From IMG/VR virus record IMGVR_UViG_3300027720_000196, positions 1 to 35,648 of that record: a stretch of 35,648 bases of DNA. The stretch is one strand, 5' to 3'. The position numbers and the translations under genes were made by a program. This DNA comes from a virus. Taxonomy: Duplodnaviria > Caudoviricetes. Shown piece by piece: positions 16,703 through 24,688 of the stretch. The stretch's first letter is position 1. Each line of letters opens with the position of its first letter. The notes under the pieces are model-generated. The model ran no database searches, was not told the origin of the DNA, and saw nothing but the letters and a program-made list of their open reading frames with translations.

Positions 16703-17473
16703 TTATTTTCTAACTCTTTTATTATATTTTATTGCCGATTCTAGGATACTTACAGACGTACTCAATCGATCAGAATACCATACAAATGCATTTGTGTCTT
16801 TGGAAAAACAAGCTCCTCCAAATCCACGAAGTCCATCTGGACCCGGAACTTGCATGTGACTTGATCCAATCCTGTCGTCTAGTTTAAGTAAACTAGTCAC
16901 AGTATCGAAATCAATATTATTAGCAAGACATGTATCGTACAATTGATTAAAAAATGCCACCTTGACACTTAAAAAACAATTAGTTGCATATTTGACCATG
17001 CTAGCTTCTGCAATAGTACAGTGGAACGATGTTTTAATTTTAGGTAATGACTCAAAAAATAGCTCATGCCATATGACTGAATTAATATCATCTCCACCTA
17101 ATATCATATATGTTTGATTTTTAAAGTCTTCATCTGCTGTAGAAGCTCTTAAAAATTCTGGACTATAACAGATATTGTGATCGGGATAATCTGCCACCAG
17201 TTTATTTAGGTAATCTGGCACAATTGTACATTTAATCAATACAGGTATAGTGATTGGTAACTGGTCCAATACACTACGCACTTGACTAACGTCACAATCA
17301 CCTAGTACAGTTGCCGGAGTTCCTACACAAATAATAGCACCATCTGCATCGGTGCAATCCTTTATCTCTGCCCTAGTGTATTTCGGATCTACAATATGTA
17401 AATCGTTTTTATCTTTAATAGCGTTAGCAACAGCCTTGCCAACAAATCCGTATCCTGCAATTATAATTTTCAT
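16703..17473 (-). CDS. UDP-glucose/GDP-mannose dehydrogenase family protein (short form)
   Basis: GYGFVG, ICVGTP, SPEFLR, KYATN.FL..K..FFN, DDRIG, GFGGACFSKD; no C-terminal UDP-binding domain. Confidence 0.9.
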   Translation of the reverse strand: MKIIIAGYGFVGKAVANAIKDKNDLHIVDPKYTRAEIKDCTDADGAIICVGTPATVLGDCDVSQVRSVLDQLPITIPVLIKCTIVPDYLNKLVADYPDHNICYSPEFLRASTADEDFKNQTYMILGGDDINSVIWHELFFESLPKIKTSFHCTIAEASMVKYATNCFLSVKVAFFNQLYDTCLANNIDFDTVTSLLKLDDRIGSSHMQVPGPDGLRGFGGACFSKDTNAFVWYSDRLSTSVSILESAIKYNKRVRK

Positions 17474-17474
17474 A

Positions 17475-20144
17475 TTAAAACTCGAATAGTGAATTGAATG
17501 TGTTCTTTTCTTCTGTACTATTGATATCCCACTTTAGAACCCCAATTAAGTTGTCTAACTTGTTATCGATAATTGTTTGCTCCATTTCTGCATGGTCAAA
17601 CGGAAGATCTTTGAACCACTGTGGCAAACGTAATTCATCAACTGGGTATGCAACACTGGTAAACTCTAATGGATTAGGTTTAAGTTTACATACAATTACT
17701 TTAGCACCGTCTGTAATGTTCATTGAGTACTTGTCGTTGTACATTCTCTTGAGCGTATTCCAATTAATACTTGCTCTAACATGACCAGGCATATTAGCCT
17801 TGCCAGCTTTCTTCTCTTTTGCTTGGTAGTCTGTAATGTTGTTTGCACGTTTAGGGCTTCCTTTCTCCCAACCTGGTCGGGCTTTAAAGCGAATACGAAA
17901 TTCGCTAATGTGATCTAAGACTTCTTGCTCGGGCTTACCCATTAGAACCATCTCTAAAACATCACTTAAAAAGTTCTGAATAAATTCCGGAGTGTCACTA
18001 CGTTTTAGATCCAAGCCCATGGCCTTGATCTTGCCGGCCTTGCCATCTACGTCAGTACGCTTGCCTTCTTTATCATAGTAAAGAACAGCATAACGCTTCT
18101 TAGTAATAAACAAACTCTTAGATCCAACAATCTCACGACCTGCTTTGATAACTTCACCACGTGATTTAGGACAATGGAATGTATCCAACATAAATTGTGG
18201 AAATGTTGTATTAACTTCTTCTGCTATCTGGTCATATAAACCAATTACAGTTTCTCTAGTCCACGGAATAAGACCTTTGTCAATGTCCTTCTGTAGTGTT
18301 TTGTAAGCACTAAAATAACAAGAGTCTGTATCACCGTAAATAATGGCCTTACCTCTATGATCATACTCTCCTGCAATAATCTCATTTACCTTACTGGCCA
18401 TGTGCTTAACAATTTGACGACCACTTAGTGTAGTCGATTGCCCAATACGCTTATCAAAAAACCTACAACCGCTGTTAAGAATGGCACCATACAAACTGTT
18501 TAAGTTAATCTTCTTGACCAACTGACGCTTGTCCCAGTATTCTTCTTCAACTTTGTTACCACTTTTAATACATTCCTTTAGTTTGGCCTGCATCTCTTTA
18601 CGTTCAGCATACCAACGCTTGAGCAAGCCGGGTATAATACCTTCTTTCTCGTAGGTAAAGATTGTGCCGTTAGCACTGAGCATCCATGGTTGGTTACTTT
18701 CAAAGATTAGTCTGTATACTTCTGCAGCACTTAGCACATCACTGGACTTATCTTCCCAGTCAATAGTAATGTCTGTGCCAATCTCTTGCGACATAACAGC
18801 CTCAAACTCATCACATCCAAACTTACCTTCCCATGCAGCCGCAAAACTCTTGCCCTTGGCCATTTGCAGTTCAATAAATTCTTCTGTTCGTGTTTGACGC
18901 AATTGACCAATAATAGTTTCTGGCCCCATGTTAAGTGCCCTAATTGCACTAGGATACAGACTGTTAATGTCTAAACTGCCAACCCAGTCTTGAATACCTT
19001 CCTTAGGCACAGCTACATAAGCACCAGCAGCCGCAGTATTTTCTTCACGGTCGTCTTTCTTGATACGATTAGGTACTTGAAATCCACGACGATGTGCTTC
19101 GTTAATAATAGCCTGTTCAGTTACAGCCACCGCACCCATTGTAGTTTGTAACAATACTGTATTTTCGTGTGCCAGTGTATTAGCTAGATCTAAAAACTTT
19201 AGTTTCTTGTCCAGTCTGTCAAGTAGTGAAGTATCTTGTCTATTGTATTCGATGAATGTTTTAAAATCATTGTTGTATAACTGATCAAGTGTGCCTTCGT
19301 ACTGTGTCTTACGTTCGCCTAATTCGTATTCGGCAATAGCATCCAATCGATACGTATGACGTTCTTCATATGTGTATTTGCGATACAGTTCAAGACTGTC
19401 CAAGTGTACACGACCAATAAAATCATATGTAACTGATTGACGTCCAAACTTTTCGTATTCTCTGCGCTTGGGGAATTGATCAAACAAACAAAAACGTCTA
19501 GTGTCGTCTTTGCTTAAAACCTTAGTTACACGATTAACAGTGTAAGGAATATCGTAACCTTCGCTATTCCAACCTGTTAGAATGTCTGCATCTTGAATTA
19601 GATCTAAAAATGCATCCAACATTTCCCCTTCTGTCTTAAACAGCATGGTGTTGGGAAATTCTTTAGTTTCTTCTTGTGCCTGTTCCCAAGTTAGTGTCTT
19701 AGGTGGAACAGCAAAACATATAAGTGTTTCTAACCATTGTAGGTGAACAGCAATACTGGTAATTGGCATGAACGCATCATCAGGTGTGCTGTAGCCTCTT
19801 TCAGGATCAAAGTCCACCTCAATGTCAAAAAACGCCACATTGAGTTTGGGAGGATCTTGATTTAAATAATGTTCGCTAAGTGTAACAAAGATTGGATTGA
19901 TGTCGCTTTCAAACAGTTCTTTGCTGCTGTTGATAGCTTGTTCTTTGCGTAGTTCTTTTGTGTTCTTACAGACAATGCGTGTTAGTGCATCTCCGTAGAT
20001 TGATTGATGTTTGCCCTTTGGGTCTTTTACATAGAACGTGTGTTTGACAGGAATGTCTCGGAACTCACGTTCACCTTTCTTGTTGCGTTCAACCACTCGA
20101 ATAACGTCATTCTCGCGGTCAAACCATGCGTCTACATAGCTCAT
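17475..20144 (-). CDS. Family B DNA polymerase (T4 gp43-like)
   Basis: Exonuclease motifs DIE, GWNSEGYD, YNRQD; polymerase motifs DINSLYPS, KINLNSLYG, YGDTDS, KKRY. TAAGGAG SD before ATG 20144. Confidence 0.97.
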   Translation of the reverse strand: MSYVDAWFDRENDVIRVVERNKKGEREFRDIPVKHTFYVKDPKGKHQSIYGDALTRIVCKNTKELRKEQAINSSKELFESDINPIFVTLSEHYLNQDPPKLNVAFFDIEVDFDPERGYSTPDDAFMPITSIAVHLQWLETLICFAVPPKTLTWEQAQEETKEFPNTMLFKTEGEMLDAFLDLIQDADILTGWNSEGYDIPYTVNRVTKVLSKDDTRRFCLFDQFPKRREYEKFGRQSVTYDFIGRVHLDSLELYRKYTYEERHTYRLDAIAEYELGERKTQYEGTLDQLYNNDFKTFIEYNRQDTSLLDRLDKKLKFLDLANTLAHENTVLLQTTMGAVAVTEQAIINEAHRRGFQVPNRIKKDDREENTAAAGAYVAVPKEGIQDWVGSLDINSLYPSAIRALNMGPETIIGQLRQTRTEEFIELQMAKGKSFAAAWEGKFGCDEFEAVMSQEIGTDITIDWEDKSSDVLSAAEVYRLIFESNQPWMLSANGTIFTYEKEGIIPGLLKRWYAERKEMQAKLKECIKSGNKVEEEYWDKRQLVKKINLNSLYGAILNSGCRFFDKRIGQSTTLSGRQIVKHMASKVNEIIAGEYDHRGKAIIYGDTDSCYFSAYKTLQKDIDKGLIPWTRETVIGLYDQIAEEVNTTFPQFMLDTFHCPKSRGEVIKAGREIVGSKSLFITKKRYAVLYYDKEGKRTDVDGKAGKIKAMGLDLKRSDTPEFIQNFLSDVLEMVLMGKPEQEVLDHISEFRIRFKARPGWEKGSPKRANNITDYQAKEKKAGKANMPGHVRASINWNTLKRMYNDKYSMNITDGAKVIVCKLKPNPLEFTSVAYPVDELRLPQWFKDLPFDHAEMEQTIIDNKLDNLIGVLKWDINSTEEKNTFNSLFEF

Positions 20145-20155
20145 AATTCTCCTTA

Positions 20156-20201
20156 TGTCATTTACGGCTGACAAACACCTTACATGCGGTTTATGGCCCG
20201 C
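20156..20201 (-). promoter_or_regulatory. Two hairpins with GCCRUAAA 8-nt loops in the polymerase leader (putative translational operator)
   Basis: GCGG-GCCATAAA-CCGC (20201-20186) and TGTCA-GCCGTAAA-TGACA (20173-20156), the second abutting the TAAGGAG SD. Confidence 0.55.
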
Positions 20202-20223
20202 CGACCCTTGCTAGCAATACTTA

Positions 20224-20481
20224 TTAGATACGCTTGGTGATATCCAAAATTGCTTCAATTTCTTCCCAATCTGCATTATGCGCACTCCAATCACCCTTGT
20301 GAGCAATCTTGATAGCTTTGTTAATAACACTTGGTTTCACTTGTAATTCTTCTGCCACAGCTTTGACTGTTTCTTTTAAGCCTTCTGATAGATCTTCAAT
20401 TTCACGCAGCACTGTGCTACCTTCTGAAATCAAACGCTCTAGTTTTGCCTTTTCTTCTGGACCATATGAACGACCTGACAT
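20224..20481 (-). CDS. Small helical dsDNA-binding protein (T4 DsbA-like)
   Basis: 85 aa coiled-coil pattern LKETVKAVAEEL..KPS.INKAIKIAHK; AGGAG SD. Confidence 0.55.
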   Translation of the reverse strand: MSGRSYGPEEKAKLERLISEGSTVLREIEDLSEGLKETVKAVAEELQVKPSVINKAIKIAHKGDWSAHNADWEEIEAILDITKRI

Positions 20482-20504
20482 GCTATCTCCTAATGTATAT
20501 GCCT

Positions 20505-20533
20505 ATTATACTTTACTTATCGTGTTAATGCAA
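20505..20533 (-). promoter_or_regulatory. Sigma70-type promoter TTGCAT-N17-TATAAT
   Basis: Hexamers at 20533-20528 and 20510-20505, at the head of the replication operon. Confidence 0.8.
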
Positions 20534-20555
20534 GTGGTTAGATATTTTAGAGGTG

Positions 20556-20582
20556 AAAATGGCAGAATAAATCTGCCATTTT
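20556..20582 (-). terminator. Intrinsic terminator ending the late operon
   Basis: AAAATGGCAGA-TTTAT-TCTGCCATTTT inverted repeat directly after the stop at 20589. Confidence 0.75.
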
Positions 20583-20588
20583 TATTGA

Positions 20589-23474
20589 TTAACCGCGGGC
20601 TATTCTCAACCAGCGAGCCAATTCGTTATCGCTTTCTGTTACAGGTTCAAATTGTTTTGTTGCCGGATTCTGTTTATACTCTTTACCAGACGCATCTCGA
20701 TTTACACCGTTGCTGTCTTTAAATATATCATTGGGTTTAACACTTGCGGGCTTGGTAGTTGTAGTTCCTGTAGGCTGCGCGGCAATACCGCCATTCTTCT
20801 CACTTGCTGTTGAAACAGCTGCAGCTTCCGCTTGTTTTCTTTTTTCAGCTTTATCTAAAACAGCTTGTGCAGACATTGTTGAGTTGAACCAATCTTTATC
20901 GTCGCCCCAGTCGTTACGCATCAGCACACGGATTTGTTTGATTAATTCTTTTTGTTCTGGAGTTAATTCGCTTGTGGTGGTATTAGTTGGTAATGGCGCA
21001 ACATCTGAACCCGTTGTTGTTGGCCCGTTTGCTGGATCAGTTGCTGGCCCGTTTTCTGGATTAGGTTTCTCCTCATCGTCAAAACCTCCCAATGCTGCCA
21101 CTGTTCCTGCACCAATTGCTGCAGCTCCGGCCAGGCCTAATGCAGCAGCCAACTTGGGATTAGCTCTTATCCAACCTGATAGTCTACCAGATCGTTTGGC
21201 AGCATTGGCTGCTGCAGATGCAGCAGCTCTTTCGGCAGCACTGAGTTCTTTACCAGCAACACCTGCAACATCGTCTGCAGATTTGGATAAGGCCGCTCCA
21301 GCACCTCGCACAGCATCATCTGCAGCATTGGCCCCTGCCTTACCAGCAACACCTGCAACATCGTCTGCAGATTTGGATAAAGCCGCACCAGCGCCTCGCA
21401 CAGCATCATCTGCAGCATTTGCAACATCATCGCTGCCTTTGACCATGGCGTTCATTGTGCCGCCTAATTCTTTACTTGCGGCTCTGCCCGCATTCACCGC
21501 GTCATCTGCAGCATTCTGCGCTCTGAGAGCTCCAACACTGCCTGTAGCACTTAATGCACCAGGAGTAATTGGTGCGCCAGTGAGGTCTTTGGTTACAGCA
21601 GGTGCCTTTGGTAAGTCAGCTTTGGCTGCATTGGGGTTGTTGGCACTTTGCTTGTAAACAGTATTGGTAGTGGTAGCTGGCGGCTTTGTAGCAACTGCGT
21701 TTGGTCGACTTCGACCAAACATTTTTCCAGCTGCACCTTTAAGGGCGTCATATCCTTTGCCTATATATTTCATACCGTAATCAAATTCTGCTAAAAATTT
21801 TGGATCCCATTGAATATTTTCAAGCAATTCGTCATCTGTAATCAACACGCCGTTGTCATCGATAACAGTATTGTCAGGTCTTAACCACACACGATACACT
21901 GTATCTTCTTCCAAACTCCATTGACCACTTTCAATCATGGCCAATTTTTGTTGCATTGATCTGATATCTTCTGCAACTGTGTGTACACGATTTTCTGCAA
22001 GGCCTGCTTTGGACATTGTGGCCGGATCTGCTTTGCCTGTTACAGGTAGTCCTTGGTCTTTCTGATAAGCCATAATGGCTTTTGCAGTGTTCGGCCCCAT
22101 CTTGCCGTCAATTTGAGCACCAACTAAACCAATTGCCTGTTGCAATGCTCCAATACGTTTATCTCCACCTGGGCCAACAAATGTATTAAGATCAGATTTT
22201 TGTTTAACTGTGTCAACAGCTTTCATTGCAGCAAGGTTAGCACCTACTACTCCTGCTACTTTAGCACCAGTAGCTACGTTGGCACCTGCTCCTAATGCTC
22301 TGGCACCTCTAGCAGCCAATGCACCTGCAGCACCTCCAGGAATTGGCACAGCCAATGCCCCTGCCACATTGCCTGCACCATACAACCATGGACTACGTGT
22401 TTCGGCCTCTTTGCTTGCAGCGGCCTGTTTAGCTAATTCGTCTTTGTATGTTCCAGGACCAAATGCACTTTTAACACCAGCAGCAATGTTGTCTCCTGAG
22501 CCCAGTGTCACACCATTCCATGCACCACGACCAAAATCGCCTGCATCCTTGCCCAACTGGCTCATGCTGTATTCATCCAATTGGTCATCTTGAAATTCGT
22601 AGCCAAGACTTTCAGTCAGTGACTGAGCAATACTTGATTTGTATTGGATGCCTTCGTTTTGAAAAGCATTCACTCCTAATCCAGCAGCAGTACCGCCGAG
22701 TGCGGCTGAAGCTGCTTGCCCAATACCTTTGAATCCTGCTCGCTTGGCCATTTGTTGGCCAGCCAATGCTCCTGCAGCCATACCAGAGCCAATTCCAACC
22801 TTCTGTGCTGTGGTTTTTCCTGGGCCGGGTGGTGGCTTAACAACGGGATCAGTATTTGGACTTGGTTTTGGAGCAACATCTCCACCCAGTGATGCATCCA
22901 ATTTTGCAACCAATGCATTTAATTGTGCAACATCTTGTCCAGAACCTATGTCTTGTCCAGGCAATCGTGGTCGAGTTGTTGGTCCAGAAGGTAGTGGTGG
23001 TTTTGTCACCACTGGATCAGTAGTAACAGCAGATGGAAGTTTACCCTGTTGTAATAATTTTACTTGATCTAATGGAACTGAAGGATATCCAGCACCGTAA
23101 CTTGTAAATTTATTCCAGCCGCTGCCTGTTGCTGCTGCTGACGGAACAATACTTACGCCTGCACTGTCTAATAACTGTTTAATATCTTTGTGTAAATTGG
23201 TTAACTGATCCATTCGCACAGGCTCGGGTCTGGGCGTCTCACCACCGTATGGAGTTGACCAAAATATTATACCATTTTTTGGATCAATGGTGTACCCTGC
23301 ACCTTTGGCACTTGGATCTTCTTGACCTTTAATCATTACTTGAATTTTTTGAGCCAATGCTGATTTGGCTTTTACATCTTCTTGTTTTTTTACATACGCA
23401 GCAAATCTAGCTTCTTCATCACCACTTGCTTCTGCAATAGTGTCCAGCTTGTTCATTAGGTCTCTTAAGTTCAT
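20589..23474 (-). CDS. Large Ala/Gly-rich protein with a peptidoglycan-binding domain (putative virion/ejection protein)
   Basis: PG-binding pattern LQQAIG...DGKMGPNTAKAIMAYQKDQGLPVTGKADPAT; several glycine-zipper hydrophobic segments; late promoter upstream. Confidence 0.75.
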   Translation of the reverse strand: MNLRDLMNKLDTIAEASGDEEARFAAYVKKQEDVKAKSALAQKIQVMIKGQEDPSAKGAGYTIDPKNGIIFWSTPYGGETPRPEPVRMDQLTNLHKDIKQLLDSAGVSIVPSAAATGSGWNKFTSYGAGYPSVPLDQVKLLQQGKLPSAVTTDPVVTKPPLPSGPTTRPRLPGQDIGSGQDVAQLNALVAKLDASLGGDVAPKPSPNTDPVVKPPPGPGKTTAQKVGIGSGMAAGALAGQQMAKRAGFKGIGQAASAALGGTAAGLGVNAFQNEGIQYKSSIAQSLTESLGYEFQDDQLDEYSMSQLGKDAGDFGRGAWNGVTLGSGDNIAAGVKSAFGPGTYKDELAKQAAASKEAETRSPWLYGAGNVAGALAVPIPGGAAGALAARGARALGAGANVATGAKVAGVVGANLAAMKAVDTVKQKSDLNTFVGPGGDKRIGALQQAIGLVGAQIDGKMGPNTAKAIMAYQKDQGLPVTGKADPATMSKAGLAENRVHTVAEDIRSMQQKLAMIESGQWSLEEDTVYRVWLRPDNTVIDDNGVLITDDELLENIQWDPKFLAEFDYGMKYIGKGYDALKGAAGKMFGRSRPNAVATKPPATTTNTVYKQSANNPNAAKADLPKAPAVTKDLTGAPITPGALSATGSVGALRAQNAADDAVNAGRAASKELGGTMNAMVKGSDDVANAADDAVRGAGAALSKSADDVAGVAGKAGANAADDAVRGAGAALSKSADDVAGVAGKELSAAERAAASAAANAAKRSGRLSGWIRANPKLAAALGLAGAAAIGAGTVAALGGFDDEEKPNPENGPATDPANGPTTTGSDVAPLPTNTTTSELTPEQKELIKQIRVLMRNDWGDDKDWFNSTMSAQAVLDKAEKRKQAEAAAVSTASEKNGGIAAQPTGTTTTKPASVKPNDIFKDSNGVNRDASGKEYKQNPATKQFEPVTESDNELARWLRIARG
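21250..21419. repeat. Intragenic direct repeat, 80 bp x2 at 90-bp period
   Basis: 21250-21329 and 21340-21419 differ at 3 synonymous positions; both encode NAADDAVRGAGAALSKSADDVAGVAGK. Confidence 0.95.
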
Positions 23475-23495
23475 TGTGTTCCCCGAATTAATATG

Positions 23496-23502
23496 TATTT
23501 AT
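23496..23502 (-). promoter_or_regulatory. T4-like late promoter ATAAATA(CATA)
   Basis: Motif about 22 nt upstream of ATG 23474. Confidence 0.6.
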
Positions 23503-24281
23503 TTCACAGAGCATTTTGGAACAGACATTCCGTTCTTGGTTTGCATACCTGTTTGTGTTTGCCCAGTGCGACACACACTTGTTTTTGTTTTGGGTTTGAT
23601 TTTTTTGGATTTGGCTGGCGCTTGTGCAACTTCTTTTGTCAGTCTGGCCAGTTTGTTGGCTTCTTTGATTGGATTCTTTTCTTGAGATTGCTTCTCTTGT
23701 TTTTCCTTCCAATCTTTTTCAAATTCCGCTTTGGCTTGTCTAGCACGTTCAGCACTGGCCGTTGATTTGGCCTGCTCACGATCCCACGCACGACTCAGTT
23801 TTACCTGTGCAGACATGCCTTCGTTGGGCATAATGCCAGGCGCACCTGCTCCTGGTTTGAATCCCATGCTGTGTCCAGGAATTTCATTTTCCGCCACACT
23901 TTTCTTTTTCTTCTTCTTGGCAATAGCAATAGCAGCTTGTTGTGCAGGATTTGCCGCTTCTTTCATCATCACACGTTCAGCAATCACCGTGGCGTATTGA
24001 TTAATCAAGTTGCGTTTCTGTACACGTTCTTCTGCTATCTCAGATTCCACTTTGTGGAAGTACTTGCCCAGTGTGGTCTCGCGACCAACTGGTTTGAAAT
24101 TTTGTGGTGTTTCTTCTTGGGGTTTTTGATAGTGTTGCATTGCCATTTGTACTGGCAATGAGACTTTGTGTGGATCTTTACCTTCGATTACCACTTGAAG
24201 AAACTTCTTCATGCTGTCGGCATCAACTACTGGTTTAGCAGCCACACCGTCCAACTTCAGAAGCAATTTCTTCATATCCAC
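23499..24281 (-). CDS. Hypothetical charged protein (260 aa), probable internal head protein
   Basis: Lys/Glu-rich, modular sequence in the late operon. Confidence 0.7.
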   Translation of the reverse strand: MDMKKLLLKLDGVAAKPVVDADSMKKFLQVVIEGKDPHKVSLPVQMAMQHYQKPQEETPQNFKPVGRETTLGKYFHKVESEIAEERVQKRNLINQYATVIAERVMMKEAANPAQQAAIAIAKKKKKKSVAENEIPGHSMGFKPGAGAPGIMPNEGMSAQVKLSRAWDREQAKSTASAERARQAKAEFEKDWKEKQEKQSQEKNPIKEANKLARLTKEVAQAPAKSKKIKPKTKTSVCRTGQTQTGMQTKNGMSVPKCSVK

Positions 24282-24285
24282 GATG

Positions 24286-24684
24286 TTAGCCCTTTAATAC
24301 TTTGTTAGTTAGTTCTTTGATTCTATCCAATCCTTCAGCCATAGGATGTTGACCAAAACCTATTCCTACTTCGTCACCTGTATTATCTGCACTACTTGTT
24401 TTAGTTGCAGATAATTTTTGGAAATCTCTAGGACTTACAATTATTTTACCACCGCCTTCTAAACCAGAAATAATACTGCCAGCTGATGAAATGCTTATTT
24501 TTCTAAATCCTTGAGAGTGTGCCTTTGCCTCAACATCAGGAGTAAGTTCAAACCATAACTTACTTGGCTCAACAGGAGTTAATCCGTTACCACTTTTGAC
24601 CATGAGCTTGCCGCCTTGCATGGTTACATAATAAGGAATCTCTCCTTCGGCTATGAATTCAGGATCGAGATCTGCTATGCGCAT
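24286..24684 (-). CDS. Hypothetical protein (132 aa)
   Basis: Ends EGLDRIKELTNKVLKG, similar to neighbouring proteins. Confidence 0.7.
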   Translation of the reverse strand: MRIADLDPEFIAEGEIPYYVTMQGGKLMVKSGNGLTPVEPSKLWFELTPDVEAKAHSQGFRKISISSAGSIISGLEGGGKIIVSPRDFQKLSATKTSSADNTGDEVGIGFGQHPMAEGLDRIKELTNKVLKG

Positions 24685-24688
24685 ACTA

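Noticed and set aside
17475-20144. Intein or intron in the DNA polymerase
   Set aside because: Length of about 890 aa and contiguous motifs leave no room for an insertion.
21250-21419. Direct repeats as a CRISPR array or DGR template/variable pair
   Set aside because: Only two in-frame copies with synonymous differences; no spacers, cas genes or reverse transcriptase.
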